Shown here in pieces: positions 51,858 through 63,341 of a stretch of 64,000 nt of DNA (position 1 is its first letter; each line of letters begins with the position of its first letter). The notes under the pieces were generated by a model. The model saw only the letters and a program-made list of their open reading frames with translations. It did no database searches and was not told where the DNA came from. This DNA comes from Amoebophrya sp. A120 (taxonomy: Eukaryota; Protista; Dinoflagellata): assembly GCA_905178155.1 (NCBI GenBank), contig CAJINV010000005.1:674564-738563 (forward strand), given 5' to 3'. Made by a program: the position numbers and the translations under genes.

Positions 51858-53337
51858 TCAGAACCGGAGCGGGATCTCGTCTCCTTGCCCGCCGGGACCT
51901 TCGTGCCATTTCCAGGACTGCATCGTTGCGAACAGGAGGTTGCCCAGCATGCTATCCCCCTCATCGTCCTGCAGGGTGCTCGCCCTGCTGTACATCCCGG
52001 AAATCAGTTCGTCGCGGAGCAACTCGTCGGGAGAAACGTACTGACTCGCAGAGGCGCGCGACCGGGGCTGTGGTGCGTTTTTTGTTAGTATTAATGTTGC
52101 ATGAATGCGAATCTGAATGTCTCGTCCTACTTTCTTTGTCAATGACAACACCTTTGCACTTTTGGTGACATCATGTCAAATACGGAAACACAAACAAGCG
52201 CAGCTAATTATATCGCACTACCGCATCATCTCTGTCCTTCTCCGTGTCCGCTGGCTCAAGATATCCCTCCTCGGTCATCTTCCAAAAAATGGTGTCCTTC
52301 TGAGGTGACACAATCGCAGGAGCACCCCCTGCTCGATCCACCCCGGCTTCCTGCAGCTGCTGCATCTCCTCGACGGTGGTGGCACGCATTGGGGAAAACT
52401 GGGGCTTTCTCGACGGTTGCTGGTCAGCAGCCCCCACCGGGGCAGGTCGTTCTTCCGGCCTCTTACTGCTGGAAGAGGCGGAGAAAGAGCTTGTCGTGGC
52501 GCCTGCTTGCTGATTCCCGGCCGCACCAGCGCTTTTCGCTGCACCGCCGCCACTTCCGTTCAAGTAGAAGGTTTCTGCCTCCATGTCTCCCGGCGCGCTG
52601 GCGCGTCTGCCGCCCGGCGACCGGAGGTAGCGGAGTTTGCCGGTGCGTTTGCATCGTTCGTACTCCGTCTCGGGGAGCTGAAAAACGGACATGGTGGGAA
52701 GAAGCGGGTCCTCGGTCGAGTTCCGGGGTTTCCGGATGGGTGGCGGTGGACAGTCGCGGTCACCCGGAGACGGGACGGCGCCGTCGGATTCTGGATTTTT
52801 GATCACGGTTGTTTAGTGAAAGTAGTAAGTACAGGACATCAATGTCCTCGGCTGTCGACTCGCAAACGCAAGAATATCAAAGATCGGAGCATGATGACAT
52901 CTGGTCTTCGCATAACCACTCGTCATGATCTTCGCCTACGTGCTGAGTAGTACTTACTTTTACTTACCCTTTCTCATCGCCGACAGCGTGCGATCCAGTG
53001 TGCTGGCCAAGTTCCTGTCCAGAGTGCTCGCCGCGTGTCGATCTGCCTGCTGCGTCCCGGCAGAAGGTGATGAAACATCCCCGCCGGCAGTAACAGGATG
53101 CTGCTCTGGGGTGAACAGTGTGAACGCGCCGGTGTCCAACGCTTCGGCCGTGAAGCTCGCCGGGGCCGACTTCCCGTGCAGCTGCTGCGGCTGCAGCGGT
53201 GGGGGTACGGTCGCGGTGGTGCGGGGGTCCTCGGGAGATGAAATCAATCCCCCTTGATTCGCGAAAACGGGAGCGGTCTGCCGGACGCCGCCCGTGCGTT
53301 TTTTCACTTCTGCGTAAGAGGTGGTGCCGGAAGACAT
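51858..53337 (-). CDS. Hypothetical protein, about 3 exons
   Basis: Three GC-rich minus-strand ORFs separated by AT-richer gaps with GT donors (e.g. AAG|GTAAGT near 52965). Confidence 0.55.
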
Positions 53338-54855
53338 TGTGCGGGCGGAAGCTGGGGTTTGGAACGGCAGCAGGTAAGTAGTTGTTATCCTTATCGTTAT
53401 CGGGGGTCCTCTTTATTTCATCGTGCCAGCTCTTCGAGGGTGGGGGTCTGCCGGCGGTGTAGCAGCCTAGTACTCTTGTTCACCAGTCGAGATGATCAGA
53501 TCACCTTTGTAGTTCTTGTGTTTGGTTTGCAACGAATGACGACCACGAGACGTGAATTCTCGCGCTTGTTGGGTAAAGAAACCACGACATACGTGTTCGG
53601 GACAAAACACAAAACAGACGAAGGGGCGCGTGGAATACAGATGCACCAATTAGAATCGTGGCCGGATGATTTACCGTCACGGTAATATGAAACGGATCAA
53701 AAATACCTTCTAGCTTGAAAAAATAACATCCTGAGCTGTTATATTTTGTCAAGTATGAGTCAATGTTTTTGTTTCGTGCATGCAACATCACATCGATCGA
53801 AAAAACAACAGGGGATGGCAGTTGCGGTGACTCTTCTGACACGACAAATAAGAGGACGCATCTCTTGATCTTAGTGGATTTTTCTCACCCAAATGGGCCT
53901 AACGACGCCGACGAAGATCTAGACCTTTTCTAGAGCTACTAACTTTTCTGGTGAACGCGGATCCTCTGCAATGCCAAACAAAAAAACGAAAATCCTAAAT
54001 ACAGCAACACCCACCTCCGATGCACATCAAGACGACCCTTTCAAGACCGTAGACTTCCTTCCCTTTACGAAGACGAACCACATTACAGAGACCGACCACA
54101 TAAATAAAGAAGAACATGGCCCATGGTACGATGATTATATATCAATGGCACAACGAACCTGATATTGAAGCTGATCGCGGCCCGCAAGGTTTCTTCACGT
54201 TTATTTTGATTGTTCGCTCTCGATTAAAATTTTTGCTCCAACAGGGAGTTTTCTTGTACATGGACATCCTGACTCTTATCCTGAAACAAAATGGTATACA
54301 GTTGTTGTTATTTTATGTTTTGTTCTGCATGTACCACTTTCTTTGCAAAGAAGTATACATTCCTATGGAGACTGGGGTGTGATGAAGATCAAGTTTAGAG
54401 ATGGAAACAGGAAAAGCCAGCGCTGGCGCAGGGAAGAAGAAAATCTACGGCCATTGCCTGCTGTTGCTCCCTTTATTTTGAATTTGAATGGATAAAGCAT
54501 GCATGGTCAAAAAAAATCGAAGAGTACAGAGTGACTACTTCAAGAAATTACCTCAAATGGTCAAAAAAACAAAAACAAATTTTCAGCGTAGCTAGTCTTG
54601 GGGTCGTGGGATACAAGCAATAACAAACGATTTAGTACTTTTAGGGATCTCGGAAATAAACCGGGGGACGACAATTCCTCGGGGTAGAAGTAAAGCACTT
54701 CTACTTTAGTAGAGACGAAGGTATTAATTTTGTGGCATTGCAACTATAACGATGGTACTAGGGTGTTATTTCACACTGAAAAAAGTACTAATTTATGAAT
54801 ACAAAAAAGAACTAGCTGTACCTACTAGCACCCAAATAAATCATGAACCCCTATA

Positions 54856-56583
54856 TTACTGTACTCCCTGCCCCCGCAGGTACAATTTTCCCGGGTGCCA
54901 GGCGTCTCCCCGGTTGTCGCCGTACACTTGTGTGTTCGCCAGTCTCTGCTGCTTCATTGCCGCGAGCTCGGCCCGCCGCCTCGCCCTTGCGTCGTTGGCC
55001 TCCGGAATGATTTTTCGCTGCTGGTGGAAGGCCTGCATCCGCCCCGGCACACTCCAGTCCGACCGCGGGAAGCCGTGGTGCGCGAAATCGGTGGTGAGAT
55101 CGGTCAAGCGCAGCGCTTTGACGCTCGTATTCGGCTCGAAAATTTCGTCTATGTTTTTTTTTTGGTATGTAGATTGAGCGCGGGCCAGCCTTAGCTCCAC
55201 AAAAAACAGCATATAACATTGAAGAAATTGCGAACAATAATTTCAATTTAGATTGTAGTGCGTATGAGCTGAAATGAACATCACTACGTATAAAAATGCG
55301 TGTAGTACCGCTCGTAAACGACTTGTCGGCGTCGCTCCAGTGGTAGTGGTGTGTCTTGTCGAGCGACTGTTTGGTGTCCATGGAGGAATTCCGCTTGTCC
55401 TTTTTGTAGAGCTGCTTCAAGTAGTAGTCCTTGTACAGCATATTCTGCCTGTACTGCGGCACCTTCAACCGCGCCAACTTCCCGTTGATCCGCATGTCCC
55501 CGGCGTCGTCGATTTGAATCGCCTTAGTAAAGTCGGGGACGTCGCTGTTGTGGTACCTGTTTCGATTAGTTTAGGGTTTTTAAGTTTTTGATATATTGCT
55601 GTAGTTGCTGAGCAGCTTACAAACCGCAAATCAAAATTAAAAATTTATCTGTCATGCGGAATAAAATCCTAAACCGCAAGCTTGTACATTATCTTATAAC
55701 ATAGTCATAGACCAAAAAGAATCCACGCAAATAAAAAGTACTCGATCCTGCATTGCGTCTGGTGTGTCCAGAAGTTGGTTAAGTTCGGGCGGTTCCACCT
55801 GTGTTCCACATCTGCCGACCACGCTCTGTCTTCCGGTGCGGTCTCGTACAGGCAGGTATCGTCCGGGTCGAGCCGCTGCGTCGCGCCCGGATCGAAAAAC
55901 GGCTTGGAGACGATTTTCTTCTTGTTGCAGGGTGCGGCCATGAAGTCTTTCCCCATCAGGGTGGTGGACATAGTGGAATATTTGCCGGTATTTGAAGATC
56001 CATTGTCTGCTTTGGTATGCGCAGTTTGATGTCCTCTCCCGCGGGAGGAAGCAGCTGCAGGCGATTGAGAAGAGCTCGTCTTCGCCGGTGCGGTGGTGGG
56101 TGGCGTCTCGCCGGTGCCAGTAAACGCGACTTTTTTCGTACTGTTGGTAGTACTGGTGCTCAGGTTGTGCCCGTGGTTTGGGCTGCTGGCGGACCGGAGC
56201 AACGTCGGAAGCTCCTGCTCTTGCTTTGCTACAACTGGGGTCGTCGTCGTGCTCATCAGGCTGCCGTCCGCAGTCATCGGTTTTTTTGGTGTTGTTGTAC
56301 TAGTACCATCTTTTACGAAAAATTCCGACGCGTCAAACTCCAACGGCGGACGAATGCAGGTGTGGCGGGGTTCCTTGGACACTTCCTTTTCCCGCATCAG
56401 CCGTACGGCTTCCCGGGGGTCGTGGCTGTCGAAAAGCCGCCCCTTGGACTGCGAATAGAAGCGGACATCGGTGGACTGCAGCGACCGGCGCCAGGCGCGG
56501 GCGGAATCGCCGGAGAGCACTCGTTGCCACGGGTTCTCGCCGGACTTGGGGTAGACGAAGTGCGCGGAAGAAGTCGACGTCAT
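54856..56583 (-). CDS. Hypothetical protein, multi-exon
   Basis: GC-rich minus-strand exons (about 55740-56583, 55310-55555, 54856-55170) separated by AT-rich introns. Confidence 0.6.
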
Positions 56584-58519
56584 GGTGTCGGATCTTTTGG
56601 TGCGTTACTGGAAAAGTAGTCCACCACGGCCTAGTACCGACCTTCTATGATCGCCGTCACGGGCCGCGTACTGTTACTGTACTCGCAACAAATACAGGCA
56701 ACCACCGCGAAGCTTATCTTTTACTCGTACTTTGCCCGACCTCAACGCGGTCTGCTAATGCTCTTACAACAGGAAAGCATCTAGTGGTTGGGAAAATTTA
56801 TGCGGATGTCCGAGGAAGTAAGTACTACAAGTAGCCACTTTGCGTTTGCGGTCCTAGACCCTGCATTCAAAAAAATTGCGGGCAAAAAACAAGAAATTTG
56901 ATGTGCTTGGGACGAGATACTTGTTTAATATCACAGGGGTTCGTAGTCTATCGGGGTTCGTGGACTTGTGTCTTCAAGTTCATGCACTACTACAAGTCGA
57001 TTTGCTTCCCAATGATTATCTGGAACACCGAGAGGTTTCGTACACTGACGTCGCAAAAAACACGAAAGCGAAACAGCAGAAACAAGAACGAATGGACGTG
57101 AAAACTCTTTATTTTGTACGACAATGCTTCACGAAAAAAGACAATCACAATTGCTATATTTGCCTGCACGAAAAAAAAAGAGCAACACAAAACGTTGTGG
57201 ACGAACTTTTCGTTTTCGCACGACGAAGACTACGTTAAACTAACGAAAAAGCACCGGCTATCTCTTGCCTAAAAAGACAAAGATGTGTAATTATCTCCGA
57301 TGACGCCAACAGAACTGAAGAAACTTGGGCATGAAACATCAGAGCCAGAGGTGCAATCCAATTCACAAGCGCAGATATGGATTTTTCTTTGTACAGAGGA
57401 GGAGCAGTGGCTCGGAAACTCAGCATACTATTCACAATCTCATTCATGTGTGGCACAACATTTTCTCAATGCAAAACATTACTTGTCTCAGGAGGGGTCA
57501 AACGGCGTGCCCTTGCGCATGATCCACGGGCAACAACACACGAGGCCGCAAAAGAAAAAAACCGACCCGAGAATTGCCAAAACTAGCAAAGCGTCGTCAT
57601 GTGCTTTGCCCAGGCCGGAAGCTGCGCTGATGACCGCAAGGACACATGCAGGAATTGCGGCCAAAAGACTTGCAGCGCAACAGAATCGACCAGCACAGAG
57701 TCCTAACCCTGCGTCTAGGTCGGGGAAGCTGATCGACATGTTGGGTTTCGTGGTCGATAAAATAAATCTAGCAGCACTTCCAACACCTTGACTATTGGCG
57801 CCTCCTCGGAGCAGCTAGTGGCCCCCGCATGACCAGTTCTGGATGGGTATGGGTTGGCCAGTTCTGGATGGATATGATTTCCATTTCGATGAGAAGTATG
57901 ACAGAGTCATTCGAAAACGACGCACTTTTTCCTGAATGATCGACACGACTAACACAATGAAGACAACAAACTCCGCCCACATGCGGGCTGCCGGCTTCGG
58001 CTTGAATCGCGGAACACATCAACGCGTCCGCAGACGAACAGGCAATTGGCAAGCAAAGCTCGGTAATGCCACACTTCGACCCTCAAGGCTGGGTGCGGCC
58101 GATTATATTATCTGATATCATTGTACAACTCCTGTTCGTTTTGCAGACTAGAACGCCGGACCGTTTACTTTCATTCCACCTTGTCCTACTTAATTAATAC
58201 ATGGCCTAGTGCTAGCACGCATACGCATTGTAGATCATTTACTCTTAGAAGTACTTAACTTACAACACCGACCTGTGATGAAACCAGTCTTTGCATTTAA
58301 TCAGACGACAGAGTTTCTATCTTTACATATCCACTTATCAGAAGAGAGCCTGCTGGAAAAATTTGGAAGGTCCGCCTCTAGCTACACCATCCGCTAGTGC
58401 AGCATCATCATGCAAACACACAGTTGGAGCGACCATTCGCAACCCTAGTAGCCTGAAAAACATCCGCGACGACTGTGCAAGACCAAGGGCCGGCTGACCA
58501 ACTTCCCCAAAATAAATCT

Positions 58520-61500
58520 TCACGCCACAGCGCTTTCTATTTCTTCCCTCGCGAAACCCAATTTTTCCAAATTCTCTTCCGTTAGATTTGGACTGCGATT
58601 CCACAAGTAGCTGTGAAGTCTGACACCTAGCGCCTATCAAATGTAAAAATGTCTGGGTCTGGAAGAATGCGAACTTGTGATGCGTGTTGCGGATGATACA
58701 AAAATCTGTGTTGCATGACTTGCAAAAGGTCCCCATTTCTCGCCATGCTCAGAGGGCATTTCTCATGCATAATGGGCATCAGCAAGGGGCTGCAGAACCT
58801 GTGATGCTATGCCCTGCATTCCAGACTTGGTGGACTGCATGACAAATCTCGGAATCTTCCAGACCCAGACATTTTTACATTTGATAGCGCCGTACCGTGT
58901 ACCATGTGCACGTCGAGAATTTCTACCTTCTCTGGCTGGACCAGAATCTGATTCACCCGGAAAAGCACATCGTATCTCCGTCCATACTCCGGAAACGTCA
59001 CGCAGGTAGAGGTCCTCCGGCGGTGGGACTGCGACTGGGAGGTAGCAGTACTAGTAGTGCTCGTACTTCCCTTTCCGTCGTGCTGCGGCGACACAATTCT
59101 GCTGCGTACCGACCGTCGCGACCTTTTCGGAGTTGGAGAAACTTCCCGGTAGTTTGCCAAAATTCTTTTACTAGGTCTTCTTGCTGGGCTCCTGCTTGCG
59201 TAGTTTTCATCTGTTGTAGTGATGTTGTTTCCTAAAAATTCTTCTCCGCCAGGGGGTGCTGTTGCTCCTCCCCCGCGCAACAGCACGTCGTAATACAGCC
59301 TGTCCTTCCGAACCCGAAAGGTCACCAGCAAGGTGATCGGCAAAGGGCAGTGCTTCGCCGCGTAGTGCTCGGCGGTCGCGAGGGTATTGGTGAGATACAG
59401 ACCCGGGCCGTAGAAGCCGGTGGCAGACGGGTGGAAGCCGAGGAGGTGAATCCAGGGAACGTTGAGCAACCCGGTGCCGTGGTACCCGCGCAGGGTGATA
59501 AACTCATCGTCACCTTCATCAACAACATCGTAGTTGACGCTGTTTCTACTAGTCGTGTCAGTTGGATTTTTTTCCACTTCGTGCAGCAGTTGTGGCCGTG
59601 ATGGTGTAGTAGAAACTGCGCCGCAAAGTTTTCCAGTGATCATCTTCCCCACGCTCCACTGTAAGGGACTAGTACAGTCACCATCATCATTGTCGCTAAT
59701 AGTATCCTCGAGCGTGGAAATTGCCTCAGCAGCGGAGTCGTCGTCACTCTTGAAGTCATCAACCGCTTGGTCGTTTGGTGCTGCTTTTTTGCGTGTTGAA
59801 CACTCTACTTCACGAGAGCGCTGTGCGGACCGTATGATTGAAACTCCTGTTTCCGCGTGCGCATGAGCTACTGGAGGTGGAGGCGCTCCTCTTTCAGATG
59901 GAGTTGTAGATGCGTTAGAGCTTTAACACCCGTTAGCATGAGAAGTGGTGAGTTTGTAGTGAATTTTGCATGACAAATAGCAGAGGAGACTGCCGGGACA
60001 TTGTCCCTTTTGCTCTTCTGGGAAGTGGGTTCTGCACACCGCAGAAGTTAGTTGTCCAGGCTTATGCGGCGGGCAGCTGGACATGGCCTGGGCGTCATTC
60101 TTTGGCCATGTGAGTTTCGTCTTCCTGTGCTTGCAAAAGAGCAAGCACTGCAGCAGCCGCGGCAAACACGCCAAAAACAAGAGCCGCGAAGCACATAAGC
60201 GCAGTTTAGGCAAGATGAAGGCGCGGAAGCAAAGGCGAAAGGACCCGGCCGAGAGCTTTGACGCGTCTATCCGGCAGGCGCGTGAACTCTCCAGGCCTTT
60301 TCGGCAGAATATAGAGGCGCTTAGGGCAACAGCGGGCGCCTGTCTTTTCCCCTCGGCCCCACTTCCCAGGGTCTACTTGTGCGTTTTTTTGAGCACTTTT
60401 CTGCGCTAAACTTTGCTTATCACGGTCGAAAAGTGGCGCTCGGTGAATTTTGGGGTGAATTTTGAAAAGGACGCCGGTGAATTTTGTCCTCCGGCTCCTT
60501 TTCAAAATTCGCTAGCGCGTGAGAAACTCCGGGTTTTGGGGCTTCAACAAAGTGTCGCCAAAACAAAAAGTCCCAAAATTCACCAAGGGAATTCTTGACC
60601 TGGGGATCACGTCGAATAAGACTTGCTCCGGAGGCAAAAAGACACGTGGGGAGTTGTGAGCAGAGCACAGCAGGCGAAGCAAGCTAGCGTCCGCGGCCGA
60701 ATCGTGCCTCCCCTTCCACCCGAGGCTGCTCCCAGATATCCAAGTCCAAGCCGAGCCAACCACAACTCGTGAGAGCATACATGTTGAACTAGTGCCCCTG
60801 TGTTCAGGCGTCGCCCTCCCTTTCGACCATTTCGGAGAGGAACTTCTGAGGCAGACGCGCAGAAGAATAAGAGCCCCCCGACCCACCTTCTCTGGTCGCT
60901 AGATACGCACTACACAGCCCGGCGAGCCCCCGCAAGACCACCTCTTTTGGTGCTGCAAGCGCCACCACGCGACGAGCAGCCCTTCAGGCTATGTGGTATG
61001 CTTGGGCTCGTGTCCATACGTAGCGCTCTTCTCTTTTAAGTAAATGCAAGTCATGCAATACAAATTCACTGCAAATTCACACTTCTGTACGCTAACGACC
61101 GTTGAAGACATAGGTGGAGGTGCTCCTCTTTCAGATGGAGTTGTAGATTCGTGCGCCGTGCGCTCCTGCCGCCCACAAGGTACCTAATTCATTCTCAATC
61201 TATCCAACGAACTCAAGACATCACATTCTAGGCATCACAAGTAGGACTAGGTCGCGCAGCGCCAGCGCGAACCTCGTGAGGGCCGGAATGGGCTAACCAC
61301 CTCTGTGGTCCCATTTTTGTACACAGAATTCCGACAACCATCGGAATTTGCCCGTGACCGATGCCCAAGCGGACGGTCAGCGAGAGCAGGTGGGGAGGGG
61401 CCCAACCTCCCGCGACTGCCACGCGCGCGCACGTTAAGGTCACGTACCGATATGGCGAAGCTGATGACGCTGGTCGCTAATGCAGGTGCGTCCTGGGCGA

Positions 61501-62715
61501 CTGGAGCGCGAGTCGTACGACTCAAACCTGAACGAAAGTTCAACGAGGTACACCATTCAGTGTTGCCGTCCCATACCGGTAGGCACCATCTGTGCCACTG
61601 GTTCAGCCGGAACCCCTGTTGGTTGATGCACCTCTGTGCGCACTCTGGCAGGCTAGTAAGGATCTAGGACGTGAGGCTGTGAACGGGGTGGGTTTTGCAT
61701 GTTTCGATCTGCTTATGCGCACGCACTCTGCCAACGAGCAACTACATACGTTTACGCATGATTTAGAACTGTTTGCATTTCCGAGGACGATTGACACCAC
61801 ACCAGCCGAGCATAGTTGCAGCCACCTCTGTGGCGCGTGGATTAGTTAGGAGCTGCGCGGCTTAGGTGCATACGACATCGGGCTCCGATCTCTGTCCCCG
61901 GTGGTGTGGCGCAATGCGACGAGACACGACAGCCGGTGGGCCACCCTGTAGACGCGACAAAGCCGGCGGGATACGCGTGGCGGACAAGGGGCCACAGGGC
62001 GGCGACTTCGGATGGAGGTTTGGGCCACGCGATACCCGACCTGTTGCAGCCTCTGTTGCACCCGGCGCTGCGACCTCTCGTTGCAGTGCTGGAGCACGGT
62101 TCGACCCACGTCTGTGGGCGGACAAGTGCGACGCCCGTAGCCACCTCTGTGGCGCGGACGTCGCGGCGCGGTCCCTGCTGCACGCCTCGCTGCTGTATCT
62201 AGTAGAAGTACACAAGACGCTGCGAAGCAGCGCAGATACGCCTTTACTTATACAGAGCCGGAGTTCCACCACTGTGAAGGGTGTGACCTTTTGAGAACAT
62301 ACGAAGTAAAAAAGCTGGCAGCCGTCGAGGGGCGCCAGCGCTTTGGGGATTTGGGAAGAAGTTTGTGTTCCGCCACGACATAGCAAATTCTACCCAAGTG
62401 ACATCATGGATCAGGTACCAACAGGGCTGGAGGTGGAGGTGCTCCTCTTTCAGATGGAGTTGTAGATGAGGTAGGTCCAGACACCTCCTCTTCGTCATCT
62501 GTTGATGACCAGCTGCTCTCGTTGTCGCTGTCGCTTTCGTGCGCGCAGGATCCGCAAAGCGTTAGACCACTAGCCGAATTAATATGCTCGTCCTGTTGCG
62601 GTGGTGTAATTCTCCTGCTGTCCAAAAATCTTCCTGGCTGATGTTGCGCAGCCTTTATTCGTTGTCCTGCAAAGGTCGCAACAAACGCAAGGAAGAACGC
62701 AAGAAAGGGGGTCAT
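58520..62715 (-). CDS. Signal-peptide-bearing ADP-ribosyltransferase-fold (PARP/Gig2-like) protein
   Basis: GYHGT...GFHPSATGFYGPGLYLTNTLATAEHYA. Model: exon 62715-62419, GT-AG intron 62418-61184, exon 61183-61113, large TIR element, then open frame to 58887, family-A element, stop at 58520. The 5' exons are inferred. Confidence 0.65.
58635..58886. mobile_element. Family-A TIR introner (252 bp), DR GCGCC
   Basis: Family-A TIRs and perfect DR. Confidence 0.92.
59916..61112. mobile_element. Large (1197 bp) TA...TA element with imperfect TIRs of about 60 bp and a 40-bp flanking direct repeat
   Basis: Left TAGAGCTTTAACACCCGTTAGCATGAGAAGTGGTGAGTTTGTAGTGAATTTTGCATGAC aligns with the reverse complement of the right end (TATGTCTTCAACGGTCGTTAGCGTACAGAAGTGTGAATTTGCAGTGAATTTGTATTGCATGAC); DR 59876-59915 vs 61113-61152 has 2 mismatches. 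Confidence 0.75.
61297..62152. repeat. Dispersed palindromic 12-mer CCAC-CTCT-GTGG
   Basis: Exact copies at 61297, 61822 and 62141; variants at 62106 (CCACGTCTGTGG) and 61628 (GCACCTCTGTGC). Confidence 0.7.
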
Positions 62716-63341
62716 CTTGTCAATGGGAGTGGCCTGTGGTCTCTACGCAGCCTGGTGTCGTGTGATCCTTTCGGCATCCGCTCTCACTCGCTCAGCTGAC
62801 GAACCACCGGGCCTGTGGCCGCGGTCCCATCACTCATCCTCTCTGAGGTTAGAGTTGTGCACAATCATGCAGCTAACATGTATAATGGCCCTCGTTGACG
62901 TTTGCGGACCAATAAAACTTTTGTTCCCCCCACTCGCGCGCAAGGCTGTTGAATTCTGATTCTGAAAATTGCAGCCAGTTTCTATGCATTTCGACGTCGC
63001 AGTCCAAAATTTTTATCCACTTCTTTGGAAACGTCTGTCTGCGTCCGGCTCTTGTCGAGCTGAGAAGGACGGACGTGCCGTGGGAATGGGCTATGGCCCG
63101 CCACTTCCGGAAATCAATGCAGCTGCTCGCGAGCGTTCATTTTTGAAAACGTAAATCATTCACAGTCGGTGCACAACCGCTAAAATCTTTATTCTCAAGC
63201 ATGAAAGATCGTGATGGACTTTGAAAACTTTACGCATGCAGCGTCTTCTTGGCACTACACACCCGCAGCTGAAGATAAAGCAAATGCGGTAGACGTAGAA
63301 CCGACCTCGATACCTCCCAGTTGAAGACTATCATCCGTCTT

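Noticed and set aside
57235-58052. Short minus-strand hydrophobic and Cys-rich ORFs
   Set aside because: They could not be joined into a consistent gene model and show no recognisable family.
5972-58886. Recurrent peptides in the ORF track ([34 protein letters not shown]) as a repeated protein domain
   Set aside because: They are translations of the family-A TIR in different frames and strands, and they disappear once the elements are removed.
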